Source: Amoebophrya sp. A120
Lineage: Eukaryota; Protista; Dinoflagellata
Assembly (NCBI GenBank): GCA_905178155.1
Contig: CAJINV010000002.1
Location: 1,401,809-1,465,808 of the forward strand
Length of the DNA: 64,000 bases
Direction of reading: 5' to 3'
Position 1 is the first letter of the stretch. Each line of letters opens with the position of its first letter. The notes under the pieces were generated by a model. That model made no database searches. It saw nothing but the letters and a program-made list of their open reading frames with translations, and was not told the DNA's origin. The position numbers were made by a program, and so were the translations under genes. Positions 1 to 13,800 of the stretch are shown piece after piece.

Positions 1-308
1 GGATGTGTCAGGATTTAAATCGACAAAGTTGAAATAATAACTTGCAATGCATAAAACGGATGAAAGTTGTATTAACCTAACCCAGTTTCCAACTGGCGCA
101 TGACAAATTTGGGTAGACAAAAAAAAACAGTCTGTCATGCTGTTTGGGTAAGGAAGGCGCCTTTTGTCATGCTACTTTAGCAGCTCAGTTTCTACTTACC
201 CCTCAACAGGCTTACAATCTGCCTCACTTGCCTCCTCTGCAGGAGAGGCACTCTGTGGGCTGCATTTTATGCATGACAAACTATTACAACTTTGACGATT
301 TCAATCCC
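1..308. mobile_element. TAT-ATA element family D, partial (left end outside window, right terminus eroded)
   Basis: Near-identical to the reverse complement of 40783-41088. Confidence 0.85.
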
Positions 309-409
309 TCCTGCTTGGTATCTTTATCCGCCTCGACGTCCAGAATTGCTGGTAGGCCGAAGTTTTCCAGAAACAGCGATCCTGGAGGGTGGAGTGCTCT
401 GTTCTTGTA

Positions 410-1465
410 TCTAGCACGGGCGGTCGCTCCGCGACCGCCGGAGAGGTATGGAGGAGACAAGGACGCGATGGGCCCGATTTCATACTAGGAAGGTTGCATT
501 CCTCGCGGGGAAGGGGCAGGAGGCGATACGCGTACCCCAAGCGGGTTTGTCCCTGGGCGCCGGCGACCACTAGAGCCTCACGCCCGACGCCCCCTGGCCC
601 ACCTCGATGGAGGGGGGGCGACGAGCCTTCTGGCCGGTTTGCACTTTGCGAGTACCCCCCAAGGTGGGCGAGCTACTATGTGCATTTTGCTGGACACCCA
701 CGGGAAAGTGGCCGCGGCATAAGAGACCCTACTTACGCGAAGGGACGGGCCAGCCATGCGCAGCGGCCCACCCACCGCGGCGGGAGTGGGAGCCCGCGAT
801 GCGCATGAAAGGCGAGCGGGGCTGGAGAAAAGGGGCGGCCTGCCCTTCCGAAAGGCAGGAATACCCGCACCGTCCCTTGCTGCACTCGCGCAGCCAATAT
901 TACTCTGGCCCCCTGCCCCTGCGCCTCCGTTGGCAGCGCCAAGGGCCGCGCACGCAATTGCAATAACCCGCGCCGCGCCCCCACTGCCCCAAGGGCCAAC
1001 ATTCGCCTCTCCCGGACCTCCCTCCCTTCTGCAAAGCGCCCCACACCGTCCCCCGCACCCCGCACCGCCACCCACCCGAGAGCACGGCGGCGGCCTGCCC
1101 GCTGCGAGTTTCTTCGCAAGGGGCAAGGGAAGCCGGCAACACGCACAAGCGGCGCGCCGCAGGCTCGCAGCGAGGCTTTTTTGCGGGACAACGCGCGATC
1201 TGGGTGCGCTTGTTTCAGACCACCTCGGCGCCCGCAGAGGCCTCGGCGTTCGCGCTTTGGGTTTTGCCCAGATTTCTACTAGTACGCGCTCTACTAGTAG
1301 CCCGTCCCCGTTCTACTAGTAGAATTTTTGCTTTCCTGTCCCGTTAAATTTAATAGTAACACTTCTTACTAGTAAAAATTTTCAGCTTTTCTTTACTAGT
1401 AAGATTTTTACTAGTAGAAATCGGGCCATACGCCAATCGCACTTCTTGCCGTATAGTAGATAGGG
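410..1465. mobile_element. GC-rich ~1.05-kb insert between ~37-bp direct repeats (373-409 / 1466-1502)
   Basis: 27-bp exact core ACAGCGATCCTGGAGGGTGGAGTGCTC. Subterminal inverted repeat 468-488 / 1411-1429. TATCTA (408) ... TAGATA (1462). Confidence 0.55.
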
Positions 1466-4400
1466 ACAGCGATCCTGGAGGGTGGAGTGCTCGGTTGTAG
1501 TAGAAATTCTGCAACTGCTGCTGCCAAGATGTTGTATTTGTTGTCGGACCACCAGTACTATTAACGGGCGCCGGAAAAGCAACTGTTTTCGCCCCGGCAG
1601 CAGCCCGGGCAGCTGATGCAGCTCCAACAAGTGACAAAAGATTCTTTTGTCGTTCTGCAACTGCTAGACCATGATTTGGGTTGACGACCGGAACATGACC
1701 CTTGTTCTGCTTCGGTGGCCGACCCCGGCCTCGCTTCGGTGGAACCACGACCGGGATAATTTCCTTTGGAGAAGGAGGTGGCGCTGGTACTACTACGGCC
1801 GCTTTTGGTGCTGGTTGCGCACCTGGAGGTGCAACTCCTGTCGTTTCCTGCGCAGATTTGACCACATTGCTAGTCTTCTCTTCAACCTTCGCCACCTTCG
1901 GCGGCCGCCCACGTCGCTTCATCGGTTTTTCCAAAGTGACTGTTGGCGGATCATATTTATTGATATTCTGCGCAGGAGCTGCCCCCGTGCTGTTGCCATG
2001 ATGATCCACAGTCGCGCCATCGTTCGGCAAGAGTGAAGGTTCTGCAGCTGGAACTTCGTTCGCAGTCGCGGAAGAGGAAGAAGAAGATGAAAGAGGACCA
2101 TAAAGTTTCGGAGCCTTCTTGTTTTCGTGATCCCCCTCGAGGTCCACGTCCATCGCGTCGCCGGTATCATGGTCGTCGGTCTCAACACCACAACGAATCA
2201 GAACTTCCCTGCTTCGTTTGTTCGACGCTCCTGCTGTCGCAGTTTCTGGCAAGAAGCTCGACGGCGCGGAGGTGATGGGGGCCGCCACGATACTGCTGAC
2301 CAAAATACTGGAAGATGTTGGAGTAACAAGGCGTGTGTTGTTCCCTGGCAGTACTTCTTGCTGCGCCACACTAGATGTAGTCGAAGGGAACAAATTACTG
2401 GAGAAGCTGCTGCTAGAGCTGCCAGTGCTGTTTACCAAATGACAACCACCATCCGCCGTCGTAGAACTGGACGAGGTGCTGGCCATTTTCATCGGGGGTA
2501 GTGGAACCGCCGCACCAACAAAACCCAGAACAGTACTCTGGTTCTTGGTCATCTTCCCGCTTTTGTTGAGAATGCTCTTCAACATCCTGTACTTTGCTTT
2601 CAAACCTTTCACGAGAGCGTCGTCTTTCTCTATCACGCTGTGGTAAGATTGAAAGACGTTGTCCTGGTTTTCCTTTTCGACGCCACAGGCAGACTTACAA
2701 CTACCCCCCTGCTTATCCGCCTCGACATTATCCAGGATTTCCTTTTTCAACTGTCCGTAGTTTTTGTTATTTCCATCCCAGTGTCCGTAGAAGAACATGT
2801 GTTCGTGGTCGTGGCGTGTCATCTTCCTCTTCATCGTATTGTCCACAGGAGCGGGGCTGCAGCTTTTAGATGTTGCAGAAGAGGACGATAATGTTGTTGA
2901 ACCTGGTTGTTTTTTGTTTTTCGCTTTGACATTTTTCCCATGATGATCGGCCCCTGGCATAGTACAACCTGATGCTGTTGCTGCTCCTGGCACCACTCCT
3001 GCGTTAGAAGTACTATTCACCAGTCCCAGCCGTTTCAGCTGGTTTCGCACGTGTTCCTCCCGAACAAACCGAATCATTTGCCCGATGCTGCCCGCCGTCC
3101 GGAACCAACCGTGCGCGTCTTTCATGTTTCGCAAGGATTCGTTAAACTCCTTCGGATCCACCGGGTTGATTTTCAACTGCGCCAGCTTCGGCTTACTGTA
3201 ATCCTTCTTCGGGTGACAAAGCAGGGAGAAAAGAGAGGAGAACTGTTGGTTTTCCTCTGACCAAAATTTGTCGTAACTCCCGTTGTCCTTATCCAGCATG
3301 CCGTTGATCTCCGCGTGGTCCAGCACAATCTGCCTTAAATCGAACAGCGTGGCCCCTTGTAGCACAAAATTCGCCGGCGACTCGTCCGGCACTAGCGATT
3401 CCCACACCGCGACCCGGGCGTTTCGCTCCGCAAACTGGTTCGTCTGTGCGCACTTCCGGACGTTTCTCTGGAAAATTTTATCCATCCGGGCGAGGAAGAT
3501 GCTCTCCGAGGTTTTCTTGTCGAAATCGTCCAGGTCCAAGGCCTCCTGGATCGCCTTATCCTGTGCACAAGTATCGTATTCGTATAAATGCAATTCTTGC
3601 ATTTTTTTTTTCAAGGTAAATCCGCATTACAAATCTTAATTCTCATGCTGAGGAAATTTGACATGCATTTATACGAGTACGATACTTTTGCAGTTCATAC
3701 GCCTCGTTAAAGAGCGATACGTGCATCCAGAGCAGCTTGGACGGGCGCCAGACCTGCATCTGATTCCGGTTCGCGAGAATGGTTTCCAAGCCCGTGCGGT
3801 CGTCTGGAGCGTTGAAAGGGACGCCCTGAGGAGGTGCCAGCGATGCCGCAGCTGGAGCGGATTTTGCTTTTGGCGGCACAGGTCCAGGTGGTACAACCGC
3901 GGGAAATAAAGCAGAATGGGAGGTCGCACCCTGGCCGCCCGACGTCGGGTGGGTACTTGCAGTAGTCGTGGTGCTACTACCCGCGTTTGCTGCTGCTGTA
4001 GTTCCCGCAGCTCCTGCAGGAGCTCCAGTTTCATTATTTTCCCCGCCACCGGGAGTCAATCCGACCGTCGTGGACTGGGGCGAGTCGTGCTGTTTCTTGG
4101 TTGTACTAGTGGTTGCCACTTTTTCCTTTTGGTTGGCGTTTGATGTTGTACTAGTATCGCTGGTCTTGTTCTTAACCGCCGACGTCGCAAGTGATGTTCC
4201 ATTGCCGCTTAGTGCCACGGAAGGTTTCTCGTTATTATTCGTGGACGTGACCTTCTCCGTATTTGTATTCTCCTCTTGTTCCGGATCCTGACCCGCACGA
4301 TCGTCCGATGTTGATTCTACAATAGGCTTAATATCGCGGCCCTGATCAGTCGTGGCAAGGACAGGACCTGCTCCTGCTACGGGTGCGCGACTTGCTTCTG

Positions 4401-7400
4401 CAGTTGTTGTGACAGGAGCAGGATCACTTCGTTTCTTGTCTGCGGGCGCCGCTTTATTCTCCGCCGCCGGCACCACGACGGGCTCTGCAGAAGAAGAAGT
4501 TGTAGCAGTTAAAGTTGTACCTTGATGCTGTTCTTTCTGCTCTGGAGACACGGGCGCACCCCCTGTTTCCGCCGGAGACACTGGTTTTTTCATCCGATTC
4601 CGCTCCTCTTGCCACTCCCGAAACTTTCTTTCCTCGAGATCTTTCACTCGCTGCATCTCGTTGCGCTTTTTTTGATACAAGTCGAACATCGCAGTGTAAA
4701 ACTTTTTCCGGACAGCAATCGGACACTCGGGATTGTACGCGTGGACCAAGACCCAGTCGTTGTAGTGGAGAAAGCCGAAACTATCCACCGTTAATATCCT
4801 CAGCAAAAACGTCCCAACCCCAGAGTTGTCATGCAAATGCGCAATGACAGGAAAATTTGTAATGCGCATCTCCATAAGAGGCATTTCCAATCGTGTTTTG
4901 GACTTTGTAATGCTGTAAACAGAATGAGAAGCTGGGTTTCTCATGCGGGTGCCCGTGCAAGCCAGCATTTACACTGCAGATGGAAACTTGTCATGCGCAA
5001 CTGCCAAAACTTGGAGATTTGTGCTGCAGACTTACCAACTTGACTTATGAAGGTGGGGACGCTTTTACACAGGATAGTTAACGGGCAGTCGTGCTTCTGA
5101 ATCCCGTTCACGCGGACGTTCCGCGGGCTCACCGCGGTGTAGAAAAATTTGTTTCGCAAGAGCTGGTACTCGGTGGGGTCTAAAGTGTCGTCCAGACCGC
5201 ACTCGTAGATGGTGTTCACCCGCGTCGAGCGCCACCGACCGTGGAGCCAATGCAGGGGATATATCATCTTGTACCAAAACTTTTCGTGCATGCGTGCCTT
5301 CGCCATCATCTTCTGTTTGTCCGTCCACCGAAATTGCACCGGCTTCTTCACCATCTGCTTCTGCTCTTTTTCTTCAAAATGCGCCCGGTTGCGGTTTTCC
5401 AGGTTCAGTCGTTGGTACCGCTGTTCGGTGGTGGATTCAAAGTTGTCCTCGAGGTTCTCGTGCTCTAGTTGATGTACTAATTGCGAGCTTGGACGACTTT
5501 GTTCCAGTTGTGGTGGCGGTGCGACAGAAGTTGTGCCAGAACCGGCGGCAAAAATATTGTTCTTGTTACCCGTGCGTGTTTTATTATTTCCCTTGGTACT
5601 ACAACCTTTAGCGGCTTTCGGTTTCGAAGAAGACGAAGAAAATGTCTTGGCATTGCTTTTTCCCCCCTTCATCTTGACCCCCCGTCCTGCTCCCACCCCC
5701 GCATGAAGATGATCCGGCAACGGATGCTTCCGCGGCCGGCCCCGCGGCCTGCCGGTGTATACAGGTTTTTTTGAATTTGCACTTTTGGTAGTACTGTTCT
5801 TTGTATTTTTCTTTTTTCCACCGTCGTTGAGGATGTTCGCATCCCCATCGTGGTCGTCGAGATGAAAATCGGCGGAAAATAAATCCTGATTCCTCAGAAG
5901 TTCCGGTGGGAGCAACGTCTGCGCTGGGAGATTTTTTGATGACTGTGCACGTTGTTGACCAGCGGATGTTGCTGCTGATGGTTTCAACATCTTCGGGACG
6001 TGTTGTTGTACTCTTGAAAACGAAGAAGCTGAAGCTCCTCCTTTAATATTTCCAGCTGCGGGGGGAAGAGCAGCAAGCGGTCTTTGTGCAGCAGATAACG
6101 ACTTCGATTTCGCGTCAGGAGAAGGATTTTGCCCCCAGAACCTCATCTTCATCTTTTGTGCCCATGATGATTCTTGTTGCGCGGTAGGTGGACCAGGAAG
6201 ATTTTTTGCCGGAGGAACAGGAGGAGAAAGAACCGTGGATTTATTTCCAAGAGCCTGGCTGTTCATATTATTTCCCTTGTTCGCGCGATCATCATCCTTG
6301 GCTGTAGCTGCTGTTCCCGTTGTTGTTCCACCTTGTCGCGCCATTAGTTCTTGGCCTCCTTGTTGTGTCGTCGTTTTCTCTACTTGCTTGTCACCGACCT
6401 GTAAGGATGTAGAAGAAGAAGCGGCTGCGCCGGCTGCACTAGTACCAACAACATCCACCACCGCTTTTTTCCCCCCGGCTGCATCACCACCAGCACCTCC
6501 AGTCGCGCGGCCAAGGGTAGTTGATTTCCGACCGCGCCCCTTCCCTCCGGCGTGGTCAACACCCGCACTACCGTCTTTACTTTCGTGGTCAACAACATCA
6601 GAAGACGACTCTGCCAGAAGAAGCGGTGGTCGGCTCTTACTTTTCCCACGGCCACTGGGATTTCTGACGGGACCGTCCACACCCGCGCCGCTCTTCCTCG
6701 GGCGCCCACGAGTTGTTGTACCACCTGCTGCTCCAGCGGCATCACAACTACTTTTGAAGGCCCTAAAATATCCACCTTTTCGCCCATCTTTTCAAATTTT
6801 GGCCAGTTGATTGCTCGGCGCCCTCGCCGATTATCGCGCAGCGCCTCTTCGATGGCGGCTGCGCGTCCGCCTTTGCAAACGCGCCAAGCCGGGCTGTTCT
6901 ATTTCTGCCCCGAGGCCCGGGGCTGTATGGAGCATCTTTTCCATAACGAAGCCACAAGAGACCCGAGCAGTTTACTCTTCTGTGGTTTCCAGGATTTGAA
7001 AAGATGCTGAAGGAACATCTCTTCGAATTTCAAAAGGCGCTAAAGAGGAGGGTCGCCTGCTCTTCTGTGCTTTTTAAAATTTGAAAAGATGCTGAAGGAG
7101 CATCTTTTCAATTTTTGAAGCCGCAGAAGACGGGGTCGGCTTACTCGTCTGTGGTTTTCAAAATTTGAAAAGATGCTAAAGAAGCATCTTTTCAATCTTC
7201 GAAGCCGCAGAAGAGCCGATCCGTTTTCTGTCCTGAGGTTGCCAAGATTCGAGAAGATGCTGAAGGAGCATCTTTTCAAATTTGACATGCCGCAGACGAG
7301 GAGGGCAGCTGGCTGTTCTGTGGTTTTCAGGATTTGAAAAGATGCCGAGGGAGCATCTTTTCAAATTTGAGAAACCACGCAGAGGGAGGTCAGCTCAGTC

Positions 7401-8565
7401 TTCTGTGGCTTCCAAAATTTGAAAAGATGCTACCAGCGCATCTTTTCAAATTTCGACAGCCGCGGAAAGGGTGAGCAGCCTATTCTTCTCCGTGCCTTTC
7501 AAAATTCGCAAACTTGCTGAGGGTGCATCTTCGCAATCTTCGGAGCCACAAAAGAGGCAAGCAAACAGGTGTCGCCAGAGGCACGGCTTTGCTTACCATC
7601 TGGCGACCCGCCAGCTGGAGCGCAAGTTAAAGCCTTGGACTCTCGTCAGCGATTCTCTGTCTAGGTTCATCAAAGGGGTTGCCAAAAAGGTTTATCAAAA
7701 TCCACCATACCGTGGGGAATAGCTCAAGTTAATGAGCTCCTTTTTAACCTCATCGAAGGGGTTGTCAAAAAGGTTTGCAAATTTTGAAAAGATGCTGAAG
7801 GAAACATCTTTTCAAAATTTGACAACCTTAACAGAGCAAGTGCTTGCGTTGTTGAGGTTGTCAAATTTTGAAAAGATGTCTCCTTCAGCATCTTTTCAAA
7901 ATTTGGAGAGTGAGCAGCCACTTATCAAAATTTGAAAAGATGCAGAAAGAGCATCTTTTCAAAATTTGATACTTCCGTTGTTCGGGTTGTCAAATTTTGA
8001 AAAGATGCTTCCTTCAGCATCTTTTCAAAATTTGGAAAGTGAGCAGCCACTTATCAAAATTTGAAAAGATGCAGAAAGAGCATCTTTTCAAAATTTGATA
8101 GCTTGCAAAGTTGAAAAGATGAGCACTTTGCGTGGCTGCATCTTTTCAGCTTCTCTCTCGGCCGAGTGAATGCATTCTCCCGGTTTTGTTCTTGTTTCTG
8201 CATGTCGCGGAGATGTGCGTGACTAGTTGGCCTCGCAACTCCTACCACAATCCTCCACCAAGCTGCAAAAAGAAAAACAAGACCCGGAAAATCTGTCAGG
8301 CAATATGGCCAGCCAGGATCGGCGGTCGAGCTGCTCGAGAGGCTTTATGTATGGGAATGCAACAAAATGGCGGCAAACCGATAGGGCAAATTTTGAAAAG
8401 ATGGGCGTAGAGATGGATTTTTTAGGGCCTACAACTACCTGCTGCTCCAGCGACCCCACGAGTTGTTGTACCACCTGCTCCAGCGGCATCACAACTACTT
8501 TTCCGCCCGTCGCCAGCACTTTTAGCGGCGCGGGCGACACTTTTCTTGCTGCCCTTTGGCGGCAT
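1350..8565 (-). CDS. Large low-complexity AT-hook protein (multi-exon; may continue to about 309 and beyond the window start)
   Basis: ATG at 8565 (MPPKGSKK...). Joins ORFs 4941..6680, 3643..4968 and 1350..3614 after removing inserts (junctions CPLT|VDSF and FNEA|IQEA). Four RGRP AT-hook cores: RGRPRK, GRPRGRPRK, KRRGRPPK, KRGRGRPPK. Confidence 0.7.
3557..3699. mobile_element. TAT-ATA element family B
   Basis: TIR TATCCTGTGC..AAGTATCGTA / TACGATACTTTTGCAGTTCATA; TSD CGCCT. Confidence 0.95.
4795..5076. mobile_element. TAT-ATA element family H
   Basis: TATCCT..AAAACGTCCC / GGGACGCTTTT..AGGATA; TSD GTTAA. Confidence 0.95.
6758..8430. mobile_element. 1.67-kb foldback-like non-autonomous TIR element
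   Basis: ~46-bp TIRs (AGGCCCTAAAA...CATCTTTTCAAA / TTTGAAAAGATG...TTTTAGGGCCT); internal palindrome arrays reuse the TIR motif; no credible ORF. Confidence 0.8.
6975..8150. repeat. Arrays of palindromic TTTGAAAAGATGCT-N5-AGCATCTTTTCAAA units
   Basis: Seven units with ~85-bp period (cores near 6998, 7083, 7167, 7251, 7336, 7421, 7508) and about six more between 7779 and 8150. Confidence 0.9.
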
Positions 8566-10839
8566 GGTTTATTTTTGTATAAAGTCCTTGTCGTGTGTAC
8601 GGTATTTTCGTGCGATATCTTCTACGTATGATTGGATCAGAATCACGTGAAGACGGTCGCAGTGATTAGTGTACAGTGATTTCTTCTTTGTAAAGTACGC
8701 GCGCTATTTAAGTTCACAACACTGACTTACTTTCTTTCTCTTTCGTATAAACCGAGCTGGATACTTACTTACTTATTTGGGTACGAAATAAAACAAGGTG
8801 AACGTGATGAAGGTGCGTTTTGATTGCAGTCCGTAAGAACCCAGGGCGCAACTTCCGATTGTTTCACGGGAGGTGAAAGAACGAAAGAGACTCCTTTGGC
8901 AGCAGACTGGGTAGAGGCTTGCTAACTTGAACAACAAGAAGTAACAGAACAGAGTGTACTATGACTAAAGCAAAAAGTCACGTGCCGGTGAGGGATAGGA
9001 ACAGAGTCGAAACAACGAGTTGACAGTATTTGGTCCTCTTATTTTTCCGATTTTGTGTACGAGAAATACTTGAAGAATATAGGGAAAGTCTGCATTGCTG
9101 TGGTAACAAACGCACAGAACGGCAACGCGGTGAGAACGAAGGCGTTTCGGCCAGAATTCTCAAACGCGCAGTCGTTTTGCCTGCGACAAGGGAAAAGAAC
9201 TGCTTCACCTACTTCCCTACTTCTTTGACGAAAACTAGACTACACTTTCTTGTTTCGACTATCAACATCAAAGAAACCTTTTTCCTAGAAGTGAGGCGCG
9301 GCGGCCGGGTGTTACAAATTTACACGACGAAAAACGACTTTGCAGTCAGAAGAGAATGAACTGCTGAGCTCTTGCTATCTTTCTGTTGCCGTAAAAATAT
9401 GCTGCTCAAAGTGAATTGACCTATGAACAAGATTATCGTAGGACAATGTACTTTTGATCAAACATGTACTTACTTCTTTTTCGAAAAACAACTTATGGAC
9501 TAAGTAGTTCTCATCTGGAAGAAGTCGCTGTCAGTTGTTTTTTCGCTTCATGTGCTCCTCCGTGCTTTCGCCTGTAGCACTCCTAAAACGTCGTGTTCAA
9601 CATCGCGATAGACAGCGACGAGAGTAGCCTATGGTGTTTAACAGGTACAGGCTTGACCACTCCTCACAAATGGAGGATAGCACAACCTCTATCTAACAAT
9701 ACACAGCTATCAGAAATGACGCGGAGGTCTTGTGGAATGGAAAAGTGTTAGTTGTGTTGAAAGTGCCATGATGAGCTTGAAAGGATCCGTACGCACGTGA
9801 GATCTTTTTCACAGAAAGTTGCCTTGCCGAGTGACAGCACACGCGTAGTAGTTGCCTTGTTCTCAAGTGATGTTGAATGTGTCAAGGTCAACTACGGCTA
9901 GTAGTAGTGTTTGACAACACCATGATTGATGGAAAAATAATGCTCGCTGCATTGAACGGACGCTTTGCTTCTCTCCTCTAGTGCGCTGCCCTACTAGAGT
10001 ACGTAAGTGCTACTTCGCTTGACGGATGTCTAGCTCTTAGGCTAGGAGAGTTGTACTGTGTCTAGTGCTGGAATAAGGATGAATGAAATCTGTAAAATAC
10101 GACTGAGGATCCTGGTCAACTACATGGGGCTAGTGCGCTGTCCGCTTAGTACGCGTAAAGGAACATCCTCGACAGCATGGAGCACTTGTGCCGCGAAGAG
10201 CTGATGTCAACATCGCTTCCATAGATGTTGCGAGGTGGAGCCTCTTTTTGTCAATTAGATGGAAAAACCAGGCTCCTGGCTTGCGATAAAGTACAACTTC
10301 TTCCTTGCGTCATTCAATTTTTTCAGTGGTCTCCCTTAAGTATAAATATTGCCAACCCACGCACTCACTCTATCACCGCCAATGTCAGAAGCAGTTTTTT
10401 TTTGTTCTAAATTTCTGTTTTTCGCTGTGGCAATACAAGCTGCATAATTTCTTGGAAAGACGCTAATCGAAAGCGAAAGCAACACTAGTGTAACGGTAAA
10501 GCCCATGGCGATCATAATAGGAAAGAAGTTCTGCAATGGCACCGTGAAGGTGAAAAAAACGTGAAATACAACATCGCCTTTTCTTCCGAGCTCTTAAGCT
10601 GGCAGCCGGCTGCTTTGGCCGTGCGTTTCCGCCTTAGGAGCGTCGCATAATATTCTCACAGGTTTTCTAGTTCAGTTTTGTTTCGTTCAAGTACTGGTCT
10701 AAAGAAAAAGTCAAAGTATACTCCAGCTTTGTTCTGAAAGCAAATTTGTCGGCGGCGAAATACTCGCGGAAACCAAATATCCAGTTCAGTATCTACACTG
10801 AGGAGATGAAAAAATGACACTATTTCCATCCCCCACAAC

Positions 10840-13800
10840 TCAATCTTCCCCGTGTCCCGTCAAGATATCTTGACACCACGCCACCACTTCCGGATCAATT
10901 CTATCCAAATAGGGCAAGATCATCATCACCGCCTGTCTCTCCGCCTCCACGACATCGCCTACAGCGTCGTTCATCGTCATAAGCGTACCGTATTCCCGCT
11001 CATTACCGCGCGGCGCTGGTTGATGTACTGCTGCGTTCTTGCTGGTTTGTTCCTGCTGTCCTCCCAGCAGATTCTCCTGACTCCCGCTAGATGAAAACAC
11101 TTGCGGATTCGACGGAGACCACATGTGCAGGTCCTGTTGTTTCATCAGCAATTTCTTTCGTAAACTGGTGTGCGAGCTCTGGGGCGTATGAAAGTGCACA
11201 ACCCCCACGACTCTCCCTCATTTGTATGGCATCAACAGCATGACAAACATCAGTACAGGTGGACCCCGTGCATGACAAGTTCATGCGCCGAGTGTAGCAC
11301 TGCTTGGAGTTCGAAATTTGTCATGCACGCGGTGCCGCAAGGTAGCAACTGGAATCGGGCTTTTGCATGACAAATGAGGGGGAGGGAAAATTGTGCACTG
11401 TCATACGGCGTCTGGCTGAAATGATCAAACTCGCCCTCCCGGATGTTCCGTTGCTGTGCGAAGATGGTGAATCTCCCGTGGAGGTATGCAATACAAATTT
11501 CCCGCACATGTACAAGATGCATCACAAATTTCAGTGATTTGGAGCGTTGTGAACACTTGTCATGCAAAACTAGGAGCGAAGCCCGTTTTGTCATGCAGAG
11601 ACCGTATTTGTACGTGTACGGGAAAATTACTGTGGATAGGACGATGGAATCCCGGTGGTGGAACATGTTATGCCGGGGCGTGATGTATCAACTGTAAAAG
11701 TGTCTGGGTCTGGAAGATTCTTAGACTTGCCATGCACGTGTTGCGTGAGCCATGATGTCTGTGATGCATGCCCTAGCATCACAGATTTTTTGAGGGCTTC
11801 TTGATGCCTATTCGGCATGACAAATGCCCTCTCCGCGTAGCAAAAAATGCGTTCCCTTTGCTGCTCATGCAATAGCAATACAGATTTTTTTGGAATTCAA
11901 ATGCAGCATCACAGGCTGCATTCTTCCAGACCCAGACATTTTTGCATTTGATATGATGATCTGTTTCGAAGTTTGCGTTTCGTCCTTGAAATCGAACGGG
12001 TCTATTACAATGAAAAATGCCCCCACCCCCGAACTTGAAAGCATTTGTATTGCAAACCTTTCCAAATGAAACACTCGCCCTCTTGCATGTATCAGCATCA
12101 CAGATTTCCGAGTGTGAATAGCAAAAGTTTGTATTGCAAAAGATCCCAGCAAGAGCGGTGCTTGTCATGCAAGCGATGCAAAACACGACTAGAATCTGCA
12201 TCAGAAAGATTCATACTCCTTTCATGCATGACAAAAAGTTTTCATTTGGACACTTCGCATCACAAATTTTTGCAACTTTGGGGGTGGGGGGCACTTTTCA
12301 CTGTAATAGGGTCACTAGTTTGTTCGCCGGAAGTCGGGGACGCGAGTTGGTTACTGTCGAACCGTTTTAACAACTCCTTTTCCTGTTCCCGCTCCTCCAC
12401 CGAATGGAGGAACGCCGCGTGTCGTAAAGTCACCGTCACGATTCGTCGAATCACCCGGTCGTACATGCCCTGTACCAACTCGTCAATGATCGGCAACACC
12501 GGGACAGAATCCGGATCCGCGGCGATCGGGTCCAACATGTCCACGGCCAGGCCCATCAATCGGTGGAAAAAGGTGCACAGAATCACGTACATCAACCCGG
12601 CAAAAACGCCCAAAACTGCGCACGCAATTTTCCGCCCGTAGTCCTGGCTCCAATCGTCATCAAACGTCACGCTCGGCGCCGATAAATCCACCAAAGCAGA
12701 TTCCGACGTCGCCGGGGGGGAGAGTGGTGACCGGAGTTTTCCAACCTCTAAAACGTTGTTCCCCGGCGAATGGAGGATTTGCCGCATCCGGATGCCGAGA
12801 AACGTGGATTTCTCGATGAATTCCACGAAAAACACCACCAGCATCATCAGCCACAAGGTCCGGTGGAGCATGTGCGGCATCAATTTCATTTGCCTCGCCA
12901 CCATTTGGTTCTTCGAGGACACAATATCCTGCCAGGTCTTGATGTTGAAAGCTGCAATTGGCGCGTCCGCGACGTAACCAAGTGCGCGGCTGTGGAGAAT
13001 GACGTCCAAGGCCATCTCGGTCGCGTAGCTCATCATCTTCCTGCCAAACGCCTGTGCGTCCACATAGTCGGAGATTTTCCCGTGGAACGTGTTTTCGTGG
13101 ATGACGAATTTCCGGCTTTTGGACTTCAAATATGCATTGCAAAAGTATCGTACTCGTATAAATGCATTACAAATTTCCTCAGCATGCGAAATAAAATCTG
13201 TAATGCAGATTTACGTTGAGAACAAGATTTGTAATGCATGACTGCAATACGAGTACGATACTGTTGCACAGGATATCAAAATCTGCGGCACGATGAAGGT
13301 ATTCCACTCCGACTCGGTTAGCAATCCCCGCAGCTGCGTGCCGTATCGTTGACAAATGAACGGAATGTAGTGCTCAATGTTGTAGGTGACCGGGTTTAGA
13401 CTGTAGAAGAGAAAGACGAGAACCACGGACAAGTACCGCGCAAGCTCCACCGCGGAGAAAACCACAGAAGTTGGAATATCGTAAGGAAAGATCCCCCCTC
13501 CCCATACTGAAGACGTATACTGTTGGAAATTTGTGATGCTGCTTTGTGGTCACAAATCGTGTCTGTCTTGCAAGAAGGCAAACCCAGAAGGCCCCCCGCA
13601 TTATGCAGGCGGTTTGTGATGCTGTTGGGCCTACAGCATGGACTTTTGTCATGCCGAGCGCCTACTAGGCCAAAACCTCTCCACCACGGCGGTGATACGA
13701 GCCTGCAGTCCTCTATTGCAAGACAAGCCTGATTTGTGTACGCAAATCCAGCATCAGAAATTCCATTTTGATATGGGGAGGGGGATTTTTCTCTTTGATA

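Noticed and set aside
389-1319. GC-rich overlapping ORFs here and at 61500-63937 as genes
   Set aside because: Open in many frames because of high GC, Arg/Pro/Gly/Ala-rich, no recognisable motifs, and located within repeats or inserts.
6975-8150. CRISPR array or bacterial REP/BIME cluster
   Set aside because: The 'spacers' are similar to each other and part of the palindrome, the repeats are degenerate, there are no cas genes, the context is eukaryotic and the array lies inside a TIR element.
8570-10830. Gene or transposase in this interval
   Set aside because: Only short ORFs with no recognisable motif; nothing supportable.
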